A stretch of DNA of 64,000 nucleotides from positions 3,200,001 through 3,264,000 of the forward strand of contig CAWIPH010000002.1 of assembly GCA_963837955.1 (NCBI GenBank). Direction: 5' to 3'. Below are positions 27,288-37,205 of this stretch, piece after piece (positions within the stretch are counted from its first letter, which is position 1; the number at the start of each line of letters is the position of its first letter). This DNA comes from an uncultured Verrucomicrobiae bacterium (GTDB lineage Bacteria > Verrucomicrobiota > Verrucomicrobiia > Chthoniobacterales > JAFAMB01). Both the position numbers and the translations under genes were made by a program. The notes under the pieces were generated by a model that ran no database searches, was not told the origin of the DNA, and saw nothing but the letters and a program-made list of their open reading frames with translations.

Positions 27288-29189
27288 CTACCGATTTCTC
27301 ATCCAGATCTGCATTTCGCCAGCTCCGCGATTGCCCCACGCGAAATAGGGTATCGCGGTTACATCGACGGTTTCGATTTCGGGTGGCCTATTCGCGTAAA
27401 GACTTCTGTTTTCGTCTGGCCTTTCGCGAGCAGCACGGCCGTGCAGCGTGACTACTCCCTTCAACAAATCCTTGGACTCTGCTGACCGAAACTGCTCCTC
27501 ACCGGAAATAACAAGTCGGTCGAGGTTGGTACCGTTGTCTGCCTCCTCAAAACAATAAACCAGCGGTCCGCGCATAAGAGCCACCCTTCCTCGATCAGCA
27601 TCGACTTCGAATCGGGCGAACATCTTCCTGATCGGCATTTCAAATTGCAAATCGACTTGGTCGCCAGTTTGCCAGGTCCGGCGAAGATAAATATAACCCT
27701 CCGCGGGTTCAGATTTATCTTCCGCTCCGTTCACCGAAACCTTGGTTGCACCCGCCCACCCTGGTACCCGAAATGCCAGAGTTTTCTCGCGCGGTTCGTC
27801 AACGGTAATCTTGACTCGGTTTTCGCCGGAAAAGGGGAAACCACTTTGGAGCCCGAGGTGAAAGCCATCGGATGTAACCTCTGCGGTTATATAGTGATGG
27901 ATGGCGATAGCTCCTTCTTTTTCACTGATCACATAACCCGATAGTGAACTGATGAGTCGGGCCAGGTTCGGAGGGCAACAGGGACACCACCACGGCCACG
28001 GAATCCGCCGATGCTGGCCCTGGCTGGCCAACGGGTTATCGTAAAAGAACGTTTCACCGTCCAGACCAATCCCCGACAGGATACAATTGTACAGGGCCAG
28101 CTCCATGATATCGCCAAACTCAGACGAGAGGCGGTTTTGGAGCAGGCGGTGGGCAAACAAGAATAGGCCGATCGAGGCACAAGTCTCTGCATAGGCGCGT
28201 TCGTTCGGCAGATCGTAATCGCGGGTGAACCCTTCATTTTCCGATGCGGAACCGATGCCTCCAGTAATATACAGCTTGGTATCAATGACGTCGCGCCAGA
28301 CCCGCTCGGCGGCTTGGAGCAGACTTGGGTCTCGCGTCTCGAGTCCGACATCGACGACCGCGGAGAACAGATACATGGCACGCACCGCGTGACCGACTAT
28401 TTTCGACTGCTCGCGGATCGGCTGATGCGCTTGCATATAGGCATAGGGGGAACCGGGATGCTCCGGCCGAAATGGTTTCGAGTCGAGCCGGGCCGCCGCT
28501 TCGAGATCAAAAAAATTCGGCTCCTGGCCTCGGCGATCCACAAAAAATCGGCTCAACTCAAAATAGCTAGGTTCGTTGGTCAGATGGTAGAGCCGCATCA
28601 GGGCCAACTCGATTTCCGGATGTCCACAGTAACCGGATATTTGATCGGGACCGGGTCCAAAACGCTTGACCAGAAGGTCGGCGAAACGGCGGGCAACATT
28701 CAGCAGTGACTGCTTGCCCGTCGCTTCATGATGCACAACCGCCGCTTCAATTAAATGACCGGCGCAATAGAGTTCATGGAGATCTCGGAGGTTTTTAAAC
28801 CGATGGCGGGGCCGCCACGTGAGGATATGACTATTTACATAGCCATCTGGAGTTTGGGCCTGTTCGAAGCGGGCGATTATATCGTCCATCGCCCGCTCGA
28901 GACCGTCGTCTTTGACTTGTTCGAGGTATCCCGAAGCTGCTTCGAGCCACTTAGCCAAGTCGGAGTCCCAGAAGATGCTGCCACCCCAATACCAATCATC
29001 GCCGGTCAATCGACCGCGGTGCATTCTTTGATCAAGCTGGAGGGCATCGACGTGCCCTTCCGCGCGCATCTCATCAAGTTGGTGTAACAGGGTCGTCCTT
29101 CCGATCAGGTCTCGCCATTCTTTCCAAAAGCCGCCGTGAATGACGACTCGGCTACGCGGTAAGGGCGACCAACCTACTTCAGACTCCAT
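27288..29189 (-). CDS. Glycoside hydrolase family 127 (beta-L-arabinofuranosidase-like)
   Basis: WDSDLAKWLEA, HELYCAGHLIEA, GHPEIELAL, GHAVRAMY, AETCAS, CPCCPPN, IPYFAWGNRG. Confidence 0.93.
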   Translation of the reverse strand: MESEVGWSPLPRSRVVIHGGFWKEWRDLIGRTTLLHQLDEMRAEGHVDALQLDQRMHRGRLTGDDWYWGGSIFWDSDLAKWLEAASGYLEQVKDDGLERAMDDIIARFEQAQTPDGYVNSHILTWRPRHRFKNLRDLHELYCAGHLIEAAVVHHEATGKQSLLNVARRFADLLVKRFGPGPDQISGYCGHPEIELALMRLYHLTNEPSYFELSRFFVDRRGQEPNFFDLEAAARLDSKPFRPEHPGSPYAYMQAHQPIREQSKIVGHAVRAMYLFSAVVDVGLETRDPSLLQAAERVWRDVIDTKLYITGGIGSASENEGFTRDYDLPNERAYAETCASIGLFLFAHRLLQNRLSSEFGDIMELALYNCILSGIGLDGETFFYDNPLASQGQHRRIPWPWWCPCCPPNLARLISSLSGYVISEKEGAIAIHHYITAEVTSDGFHLGLQSGFPFSGENRVKITVDEPREKTLAFRVPGWAGATKVSVNGAEDKSEPAEGYIYLRRTWQTGDQVDLQFEMPIRKMFARFEVDADRGRVALMRGPLVYCFEEADNGTNLDRLVISGEEQFRSAESKDLLKGVVTLHGRAARERPDENRSLYANRPPEIETVDVTAIPYFAWGNRGAGEMQIWMRNR

Positions 29190-29220
29190 ATCTATTTTCT
29201 ATTGAAGATCCGGCAGATCC

Positions 29221-29260
29221 ACAACTACACTGGAACGTAGAAAGGCCGGACGATTCCGAC
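29221..29260. promoter_or_regulatory. Conserved ~40-bp regulatory motif, copy 1 (putative AraC site)
   Basis: ACAACTACACTGGAACGTAGAAAGGCCGGACGATTCCGAC; near-identical copy at 34553-34592. Confidence 0.7.
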
Positions 29261-29267
29261 TTTTACC

Positions 29268-30113
29268 ATGCCCCCTGATCTAGTATGCAATCCAGCTCAG
29301 CTCCGAATCAGCACGGGAACTCGATTGTCTGCTGCTAATGCAGGTCTGCTAGTATCCCCTGGAGGCCGTTCCCATCCGGAGCGCTGCATCGCAACATACG
29401 AACTCATTTTTGCCCGGTCCGGCGTGCTCCGACTATGGGAAGAGGAGCGCCAAATCGTTCTCCCACCTCATCACGCGTTAATTTTGTGGCCCGGGCGTCG
29501 TCACGGTCCAGCAGCACCCTATGAACCTCGTACGTCGTTCTATTGGTTGCACTTTCATCTCGAAGAAGAGGATAGCTCTCTCAGTTTTGTCACGGTCCCA
29601 CAAGTGACCTACCTCTCACAACCACTCCGATTAGTGGAGCTGCTGCGTCGCTTTCTTGACGACCAGGAGAACCGACGTCTTGAGTCCAATTACGCCAGTG
29701 CACTGGTTAAACTGATGCTGCTGGAGATCGCGACTCAGATCGGAAGCCACCATGGCGATGCGCCACAACAAGGTCGAAAACTAGCGGCTATTGCGCAGAC
29801 GGCGCTGGGTAAAAGATTTCGGGAACCGATTGCGACATCCGAGATTGCTCGGATGCTCCACTGCAATCCCGATTATCTCGGGCGAGTTTATCGAGAGACC
29901 TTCGGCTGCAGCTTAACGACCGGAATTCATCGAGTCCGAATGCATCACGCTAAAAACCTGCTTCTCTTGAGTTCTCTGACCGTGAAAGAGGTTTCTTTGG
30001 CGTGCGGCTACGAAAATCCCGACTACTTTCGGCGTATGTTCCGCCGGTTCTTCGATATGCAGCCAAATCAGTTTCGGCTCTTGCATCCCCAACAACACAC
30101 GAATGCGGTCTGA
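29268..30113 (+). CDS. AraC family transcriptional regulator
   Basis: N-terminal cupin-like domain; C-terminal double HTH (LTVKEVSLACGYENPDYFRRMFRR). Confidence 0.92.
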   Translation: MPPDLVCNPAQLRISTGTRLSAANAGLLVSPGGRSHPERCIATYELIFARSGVLRLWEEERQIVLPPHHALILWPGRRHGPAAPYEPRTSFYWLHFHLEEEDSSLSFVTVPQVTYLSQPLRLVELLRRFLDDQENRRLESNYASALVKLMLLEIATQIGSHHGDAPQQGRKLAAIAQTALGKRFREPIATSEIARMLHCNPDYLGRVYRETFGCSLTTGIHRVRMHHAKNLLLLSSLTVKEVSLACGYENPDYFRRMFRRFFDMQPNQFRLLHPQQHTNAV

Positions 30114-30125
30114 TGGGATCGCGTC

Positions 30126-30265
30126 CCCCGGGCGCGGAGGGGCGTTGCTTGCGACGCCCGGGAATGGCCCGCGGTTCACCGAGTGCTCGAGACCAGGGAT
30201 TCGCCAGCTCTGCTAATCGTGGATTATTCCCGGGAGCCGCAAGCGGCTCCCCTCCGCGCTTGGGG
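30126..30265. repeat. REP-like doublet (GGAG-type) between convergent genes
   Basis: ~40-bp inverted arms 30126-30165 and 30226-30265, each with an internal 9-bp hairpin. Confidence 0.75.
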
Positions 30266-30282
30266 TCCGCCCAATAAAACGG

Positions 30283-31314
30283 CTAAGAAACCCGAACCGC
30301 CGTCCATCGCCCCGTTTCGCAACTCTCCACAGCGGCAAGGACCATGGCCAAGCTTTGAATATTATCCGCCGAATTGGTCTCTGGCATCGGTCCGCCGCGG
30401 ACCGCTTGGACGAACTGGTTCATCACGCTGAAATGACCACGAGTCTCGAACGCTGCAGGATCATCTTTTGGCAAGACCGGTTGCGTCTCATTCAAAAAAA
30501 CTCCTTCCTGAAACAACAGCCGTTCGGCTCTGACATCCTCATTGCCATCCCATAAAAGCGTCCCTTCCGTCCCGATTATCCGCCATGTTCCATCCCAAGA
30601 AGTTCGAAACCCGTCTGCACACCAGCTGGCTCGGTAAGTGAATCGAACGTCGTTAGCCATCCGGAAGACTGCGATCACAGACGGACCGCTTCGATACCAG
30701 GAATTCTTTGGCACCCATTCTTCGCAGAAGACCGCTTCGGCATCCGTGCCCAGCAAGAAGCGCGCGGCGTCAAACGGATGAATTGCCATATCGGCTAGCA
30801 ACACGTGCAGCATGCTCTCCCGGAATCCCCCGAAATGAGGGCCGGCAAAGAAATCAACGTGCACAGTTGTTACATCTCCGATCACCTTTGCTTCAATCAT
30901 CTTTTGCATCTGCCGGATTCCCCGATTGAAGCGCCGGTTCTGTACTACGGCGTGCACTCGCGTGTTGCGCCGAGCCAGATCGACCAGATCGGACGCGTCG
31001 CTGAGAGTCAAAGCGAGCGGTTTTTCCTCAAGCACATGGAGTCCTGCTTCCAGAGCCGCTCCGGAGACTTCTCGATGAGCCGCCGGAATCGTGCAGTCGA
31101 ATACAGCATCAGCCGCAATCGAACCGAAGATCTCTCGAAAATCGGTATAAATCGGGGCCGAGATATTAAACTCGTTGCGCCGTTTTTCGGCGTTACGCTG
31201 ATCGATATCGACCAGCGCAACGATTTGAACTTCAAGCTCGCTCGCCGCTCGGAGCCACTCGCCACTCATGGCTCCGCAGCCGACTAAAATCGCGTTGACT
31301 GGGCTGCTTTTCAT
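30283..31314 (-). CDS. Gfo/Idh/MocA family oxidoreductase
   Basis: VGCGAM Rossmann start, HVLEEKPLA, QNRRF, DMAIHPFD. Confidence 0.92.
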   Translation of the reverse strand: MKSSPVNAILVGCGAMSGEWLRAASELEVQIVALVDIDQRNAEKRRNEFNISAPIYTDFREIFGSIAADAVFDCTIPAAHREVSGAALEAGLHVLEEKPLALTLSDASDLVDLARRNTRVHAVVQNRRFNRGIRQMQKMIEAKVIGDVTTVHVDFFAGPHFGGFRESMLHVLLADMAIHPFDAARFLLGTDAEAVFCEEWVPKNSWYRSGPSVIAVFRMANDVRFTYRASWCADGFRTSWDGTWRIIGTEGTLLWDGNEDVRAERLLFQEGVFLNETQPVLPKDDPAAFETRGHFSVMNQFVQAVRGGPMPETNSADNIQSLAMVLAAVESCETGRWTAVRVS

Positions 31315-31356
31315 CCGGGGCGCTGCACCGATAAGAGAAGTACTCCTCGGCTAGCC

Positions 31357-32640
31357 TTATTTCTTTTCTGCAACCGACTTAATTTTCTCCGCTGCTTCGG
31401 ACAGGGCCGCATCCACCGGCGACTGTCCAGTCAAAGCCTTCTGGATAGCAGTACGAGCAGCCAAAGAGATGGCCGGGTAATTAGCTCCGCCTTCTTCCGG
31501 CCGCGCCCTGGCGGTGTCCATTTGGAGCACAAATGGCTGAAGTTCAGCGTTCGCCTCACCTTGTTTTATGGCGACACTTCGAACCGATGATATGTAGTTA
31601 AAAGTATTACAGAGCTTTTCCAAACGAGCCGAATCCTGGACGAATGCGATGAACTTCATCGCAGCTGCTTCGGTCTTGTCGTCGGTCTTAGAGACGCACC
31701 AGACTTCGCCGCCGAGCGGGACCACCGGTTTCATCCCCGCCTTCGGAACCGGAATCGGGGACACACCGAAGTCCAATCCGCTTTTGTGGACTTGGCCCAG
31801 CATCCAGGGTCCCATCACCATCATAGCCGCGCGGCCACTGATGAATTGGTCCGCCACATCTCCTTGGTTCCAGTTTACCACATCGCGCGAGACCGATCCT
31901 TTCTGGACAAAGTCGACCCAAAACTGGAGCGCTACTTTCGCCGGCGCAGCGGTCAGGTCAAGCAGCTTACCGCCGTTGGACCAAAGGAATGGTTCCCATT
32001 GCCAGGTTGCCTCCTCGGTATTTGTAGCGGAGAAATCAAGCCCGTACACCGGAGCCTTGGTGAGTTTGGCAGCGTCGTCTGTTAGCTCGGCCCAGGTTGC
32101 CGGCGGAGTACTGATACCCGCGTCACTGAACATCTTCTTATTGTAGAAGATGGCTAAGCTGTTGCTGCCGATCGGCACTCCATAAACTTTTGCGCCATCG
32201 CTGACCGCCGACTTAGGCCCCGCGTAGGTGTCCGGCCAAGTTGGTAATTTCGCAACATCCGAACTGATGTCCTTTAGGACGCCCGCTTTCGCTACGCGCA
32301 ATACGTCCGGGTTGTCGATACAGGAGATGGCCGGCGATTTGTGGACAGCCGCCATCTGGAGCGTTCGGCTGAGCAACTCAGCAAATGGTACATAAGTGAG
32401 CTGGATTTTGATGTCGGGATTTGCCGCCTCAAAATCGCTCTTGATCGCAGCCAGGCCGTCTAACTGGCCTTGGACATTGAAATAATGAACGATTTCAACT
32501 GTGGTGACTTCCGACCGGGCAGATCCGGTTAAAGCCGCTATAAGCAGAGCGCAGGCGGACAAGCTCCACCGCATTCGGCGCATTATTTGGGGATCGTTTT
32601 TCACGGGGGTTTTGGGGGTTCTGGTTGGGGTTTGCTTCAT
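31357..32640 (-). CDS. Sugar ABC transporter substrate-binding protein
   Basis: Signal peptide; FEAANPDIKI, YGVP, FYNKKMF, PPATWAEL, AAMMVMGPW; start may be ~32583. Confidence 0.9.
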   Translation of the reverse strand: MKQTPTRTPKTPVKNDPQIMRRMRWSLSACALLIAALTGSARSEVTTVEIVHYFNVQGQLDGLAAIKSDFEAANPDIKIQLTYVPFAELLSRTLQMAAVHKSPAISCIDNPDVLRVAKAGVLKDISSDVAKLPTWPDTYAGPKSAVSDGAKVYGVPIGSNSLAIFYNKKMFSDAGISTPPATWAELTDDAAKLTKAPVYGLDFSATNTEEATWQWEPFLWSNGGKLLDLTAAPAKVALQFWVDFVQKGSVSRDVVNWNQGDVADQFISGRAAMMVMGPWMLGQVHKSGLDFGVSPIPVPKAGMKPVVPLGGEVWCVSKTDDKTEAAAMKFIAFVQDSARLEKLCNTFNYISSVRSVAIKQGEANAELQPFVLQMDTARARPEEGGANYPAISLAARTAIQKALTGQSPVDAALSEAAEKIKSVAEKK

Positions 32641-32651
32641 GCAGAAAGGCT

Positions 32652-33602
32652 TTACCTCCGCTGAAGGGCGAGTTGGAGCAGATTCAGAGAAAGAATGAGA
32701 AGCACCATGACGGTCGCTATTGCGGCCGCCTGTCCGAAATTGAAGACCGAGAATCCGGTTTGATAAGCGTAGGTCGAAAGAAGGTGGGTGCTGTTGGCGG
32801 GCCCGCCCTTAGTCATTATCCAAACGAGGTCGAAAACCTTCACGGTATAGATCGTTCCCAGCATCAGCACAGCAACTGTAACCGGCTTTAGCATCGGTAT
32901 GGTGATGTGGCTAACCTGTTTCCAGTAAGAAGCGCCATCCAACTTCGCCGCCTCATAAATCTCGAGCGGCACAGCTCGCATACCGGCATACAAAAGGATA
33001 AAGTTAAACGGAAAACCGATCCAGATATTCGCGACGATCGTCGCCCCGAACGCGAGTTGCGGATCGGCTAACCAAGGAAAAGTGGGAAGACCAAATAAAT
33101 GTCCGATCTGGTTGAGCGGGCCAACTTCATTGAACAAGCCCTTGAATGTATTGGCGGCTGTAAGGATCGGAGCCAGCCAGGGAACGAGCAAAAGGGCGAC
33201 GAGTGCGTTCTTCAGCGGAAACTCATTTTGGAAGAACAGAGCTAGCAGAAACCCAATTGTGAATTGGAATAAGATACTGAAAAACGTGAAAAGGACGGTG
33301 TTCAGTAGCGCCCGCCAAAAGCTGGGATTGGACAAGCCTTGTTGATAGTTGGTCAATCCATTAAAAGGCATGTCTCCGCCCACAAATGTATCGATCGTCG
33401 CATCCCGAAAACTAAGTGCCACGCTGTAGATTACCGGGTACGCCAAAAATAGAACCGCAAACAGAACAATCGGGAGCACGAAACTGTAGGGCGCAAACAA
33501 ACGCCGCCAACGCCCGGCACGCCTTTTCGGAGAGCGCAAGTTGACGGGCCCAGACAGACCGGGCCCGTCTTTTGCGCCCCCAATTTGCGTTACAGTTTGC
33601 AT
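32652..33602 (-). CDS. Carbohydrate ABC transporter permease (MalF-type)
   Basis: EAA loop IYEAAKLDGA, MTKGGPANST. Confidence 0.92.
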   Translation of the reverse strand: MQTVTQIGGAKDGPGLSGPVNLRSPKRRAGRWRRLFAPYSFVLPIVLFAVLFLAYPVIYSVALSFRDATIDTFVGGDMPFNGLTNYQQGLSNPSFWRALLNTVLFTFFSILFQFTIGFLLALFFQNEFPLKNALVALLLVPWLAPILTAANTFKGLFNEVGPLNQIGHLFGLPTFPWLADPQLAFGATIVANIWIGFPFNFILLYAGMRAVPLEIYEAAKLDGASYWKQVSHITIPMLKPVTVAVLMLGTIYTVKVFDLVWIMTKGGPANSTHLLSTYAYQTGFSVFNFGQAAAIATVMVLLILSLNLLQLALQRR

Positions 33603-33620
33603 CCGATTAACAATTTCGAA

Positions 33621-34445
33621 TTAACGCAGAGCACCCCGCGTCAATCCGGAAATAATAAACCGACTCGCATACAGCACGACCACGACGGCAGGGATCGCTG
33701 TAAGCACGCTTCCAGGAAGCAGGAAGCTCCAATCCACACCAAATTGCCCGACCGCCTTGTACAGTTCGAGGATAAGGGGTTGTAAACTAGATTCGGTGAT
33801 GAGGCTCAGAGAAAAAATGAGGTCACCCCACGCCATCAGGAAACTGAAAATACCAATCGTGACAAAACCGGGGATCATCACCGGTATGACGACGGAGCGG
33901 AACGCTCTCCATTGACCCGCTCCCTCGACCAGGGCCGCCTCGACCAATTCGTAGGGGAACTCGCGCACATAGGCGCAAAGCATGACTAAGGCGAACGGAA
34001 CGGTCAGAGTCATGTCCGCCAAGATCAGACCCGGCAATGTGTTCACCAGGTTCGACCGCGAAAACATCACAAATAGCGGAATCACGAAAACGATCGCCGG
34101 AAGCATCTGGCTCGTGAGCATGAACGACTGCAGCACTTTGCGCCCACGAGGCTTTAGCCAAACGATGCTGTAGGCGGCAGGACCGGTGACCAAAAGAGTA
34201 AGCGCCGATGTCGCCAGACTCACCACGAAGCTGGTCCCCGCGTGGGGCGCCAGCCGGCGGAGTGCGTCCGACCAGTTCTGAAAAACAAACTCCCGTGGCC
34301 AAAGGGCGAGATGCACACCGAAAAGCTCGCGCGGAGTCATAAAACTCCCCGAAAGTACCCAGTACAACGGCAGGAGCAGTACGATTGTGATGACCACTCC
34401 GAATAGGGTGTACCGCCATGGCGACGACGTTCCGGGGGACGGCAT
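33621..34445 (-). CDS. Carbohydrate ABC transporter permease (MalG-type)
   Basis: EAA loop LVEAALVEGA, FSFLMAWGD, FIISGLTRGALR; start uncertain (34445 or 34481). Confidence 0.92.
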   Translation of the reverse strand: MPSPGTSSPWRYTLFGVVITIVLLLPLYWVLSGSFMTPRELFGVHLALWPREFVFQNWSDALRRLAPHAGTSFVVSLATSALTLLVTGPAAYSIVWLKPRGRKVLQSFMLTSQMLPAIVFVIPLFVMFSRSNLVNTLPGLILADMTLTVPFALVMLCAYVREFPYELVEAALVEGAGQWRAFRSVVIPVMIPGFVTIGIFSFLMAWGDLIFSLSLITESSLQPLILELYKAVGQFGVDWSFLLPGSVLTAIPAVVVVLYASRFIISGLTRGALR

Positions 34446-34552
34446 TAGAGAAATCCTAGGCCGAATTATTTCGGGATACAATTAAAATCATCCTGCAGGC
34501 GGAACAGGTAGGGGGGTTGGTAGTCCATCCTAGTCTACAACGATTGCATCTC

Positions 34553-34592
34553 ACAACCTTACCGGAACGTAGAAAACCCGGACGATTCCGAC
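34553..34592. promoter_or_regulatory. Conserved ~40-bp regulatory motif, copy 2
   Basis: ACAACCTTACCGGAACGTAGAAAACCCGGACGATTCCGAC upstream of the sugar ABC operon. Confidence 0.7.
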
Positions 34593-34668
34593 CTTCTTAA
34601 AACTCAATCCGCCTGCGCGGCACAAATCGGGCTTAAGCGTCCGTAGTCGGGATGCCTCTAAAAGAAAT

Positions 34669-34694
34669 TGACCCAGCACCTGGGTGCTGGGTCA
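34669..34694. terminator. Perfect 12-bp hairpin, probable terminator of the polysaccharide cluster
   Basis: TGACCCAGCACC-TG-GGTGCTGGGTCA, followed on the minus strand by ATTTCTTTT. Confidence 0.6.
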
Positions 34695-34747
34695 TCAGGT
34701 CATTAATCATTCCCGCCTCCCCATTTAGGAGGGGAGCAGACGCACGC

Positions 34748-35521
34748 TCATGAACTCGGGCCCGAAGTTCCGGTAAAGCTGCCAAGCCTTCGGGCAATCA
34801 TGAAGTAGCCGAGAGGAAAGTGTTTCGCAGTCTTCTCTGATACTTTTTTCCCGAGAGGCGAGGCGACCAGCCTTCGACAGAGAGCTTGGAACGTGACCGC
34901 AGTCCACTCTCCGATCGGACCGAACCGTAAAATGGATTTTGAAAAAATATCCACGACAATTTCGGGTGCGCCCCCAACCTCTTTGATTAGGATAACGTCG
35001 AATCCGGTTGCTTCGGCAAAGCGTCGGAGCGCGTACTTTGTATATCGATAGAAGTCATAGGGCTCTTCGTGCAACCAGTAGAAGAACGGCACATTTAACA
35101 GCAATTTGCCGCCTGGCTTGAGTAATCTGGCCATCTCACGCCATAAATGCTCGGGCACGGGTATATGCTCGAGAACATCTGAGAGAAGAATGGAGTCGAA
35201 ACTCGCGTCGGCAAACGGCAAATCCTTTGTAAGGTCGCACTCCGCGTCCAGGTGGTCACTGCCATGCAGCGAGTTGCTCCAGTCTACGCATACGGTTTCA
35301 GAGACATATTCTCGATATAGGCCGTAGAAGGGAACCTTCCCGCAGCCTAGATCCAGCAAGCGGCCACGACAATGGCTCTTCATGTGCGTATGGTAGCAAC
35401 TCGCGACCAGTTCGCCGACCAGTCTTGATCCCGGGTTGATCTCCTTCGGGTTGCTGGAGGCCCTGAGTTGACCATGCTTTAACACAAATTTCGAAGGGGC
35501 CCATGTCTCAAGGTTCCTCAT
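34748..35521 (-). CDS. Class I SAM-dependent methyltransferase
   Basis: LLDLGCG, LPFADASFD, VLEHIP, LKPGG, PF...HEEPYDFYRYT. Confidence 0.9.
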   Translation of the reverse strand: MRNLETWAPSKFVLKHGQLRASSNPKEINPGSRLVGELVASCYHTHMKSHCRGRLLDLGCGKVPFYGLYREYVSETVCVDWSNSLHGSDHLDAECDLTKDLPFADASFDSILLSDVLEHIPVPEHLWREMARLLKPGGKLLLNVPFFYWLHEEPYDFYRYTKYALRRFAEATGFDVILIKEVGGAPEIVVDIFSKSILRFGPIGEWTAVTFQALCRRLVASPLGKKVSEKTAKHFPLGYFMIARRLGSFTGTSGPSS

Positions 35522-35698
35522 CTTTCCGCATGTTGGTTCGTTATATTACCAACTCAAGTAAGACGATCCCTGGAATAACGTGTCCAAGCCCGCTCAGCAG
35601 GGGTCTCGGGGTATCCGCTCTAACAACTAATACCACGCTTGGCCATGAAGCCAGTTTACCATCGCCTACCGGTATCCGTCAGGCAGAACCTAGGTAAG

Positions 35699-36928
35699 TT
35701 AGTTCGGTGACTTCTGTGTCATCACCCTACGATACAATTCTACCAGAGCGTCATTGCGTTTGCTCAGGTCGAACTCGGCTTCCACGAAGGCACGCCCTTT
35801 CCTGCCGATCTCAAGCCATAAATCCGGTTGGCCAATTAACTCCGCCAGCTTTGCCGTAAGCGAGTCCGTATCGCGTTCAGGAACAAGAAAACCGGATTGC
35901 CCATCCAGGATGCTTTCAGAGAAACCATTGTGATTTGTACAGACAACCGGCAAACCCATAGCTTGCGCCTCTTGAAGAACTATGCCCTGGCCTTCAAAAT
36001 CGCCATCGGAACTTAAGACGCTCGCGAGGACAAAAATATGCGATTTGGCAAAGAGCCGGCGAACCTCGTCTTGGGTCTTCCATCCGACCAACGTGACATT
36101 CTTTTGGAGATTGAGTCGTTCGATGAGAAGAGACAGATCTTGGCGAAGAACACCCTCTCCGACGATTGTGTACTCTAGCTTTGGGAACTGCCTGACAAGA
36201 TTTGCAACCGCCTTGATGGAGTACTCGAGCCCTTTTTTTTCCACCAGGCGACCGACTGTAATCAGCCGGATGGCGCCATTTGAATCGACTCTTCTTTCGA
36301 GGAAATCGAACTTCGTAAGATCCGTACCGAGCCTGAAGCTGAAAATCTTCGCAGGATCGCAGCCCGCGGCAATTAATTTTCCGCGAACGAACTTACTGGA
36401 ACAAGTGAAAGCTTCTCCCTTGCGGAAGAGTTCGTCATAGACACTTGTGCCATGCTGCGCAACATAGGAAGCAATATCGTATCCATGAAACGTGGTGAGC
36501 AGGGGACCTTGCAGGGCACCGATATCGCGCAATTGCTGGCCAACAGCGCCCGCTGTTCCGAAATGGCAATGGATTATGTCATACGCCGGTGAAAACGCGT
36601 GACGGTAAAGCATCTCGAGATGGATCGCCGCCTTGCCGTATCGGAGAACATACATCGATCGCAGTAAGCGCATAGGCCTTCGCCAACCCCACTTCAGGAC
36701 GATTTTTGCAGCAGCCCGTACACGTTCCTTCCGGCTCGCGGAAGTGAGATACTGCGTCCGGTCGATAAGTTGATACTTCTTTACCTGCGGATCGACTAGA
36801 TCGTCGCTATTCCGATAACGGGCGAAAATGTCTACCGTGTGTCCACGCTCAATTAATCCGACAATTTGACTGACAATAAACGTTTCTGAGGTCTTCGGAA
36901 ATATATCAAGCAGGAAGGCAATTCTCAT
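35699..36928 (-). CDS. GT4 glycosyltransferase, WcaL-like
   Basis: FPKTSETFI, IHCHFG, TFHGYD, VGRLVEKKG, DGDFEG...LQEAQAMG. Confidence 0.88.
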   Translation of the reverse strand: MRIAFLLDIFPKTSETFIVSQIVGLIERGHTVDIFARYRNSDDLVDPQVKKYQLIDRTQYLTSASRKERVRAAAKIVLKWGWRRPMRLLRSMYVLRYGKAAIHLEMLYRHAFSPAYDIIHCHFGTAGAVGQQLRDIGALQGPLLTTFHGYDIASYVAQHGTSVYDELFRKGEAFTCSSKFVRGKLIAAGCDPAKIFSFRLGTDLTKFDFLERRVDSNGAIRLITVGRLVEKKGLEYSIKAVANLVRQFPKLEYTIVGEGVLRQDLSLLIERLNLQKNVTLVGWKTQDEVRRLFAKSHIFVLASVLSSDGDFEGQGIVLQEAQAMGLPVVCTNHNGFSESILDGQSGFLVPERDTDSLTAKLAELIGQPDLWLEIGRKGRAFVEAEFDLSKRNDALVELYRRVMTQKSPN

Positions 36929-37205
36929 CTTCGGACGGTTCAAGCCCGCTCGATTATTCCGTGGTTTCTTAATGGATTCCGTTTGCAGAAGCATAGAAGC
37001 AAACCGCTATAGCGCACTGGGTCAGCCCCGGAAATGAACCTTTCTCCTCGGCACTGCGCAGGAGCATCTAAAGAACAATGAATTCCAGGCCGAGCAATCT
37101 CGCAGCAATCTTTTCGGCGCCGACCCGGTCGAATCGTATGTGCATTTGCAAAGTTGAGCGAGGTAGAACTACCATCAACAGGAATAAGAGCCCTGGGAGC
37201 GGTTT

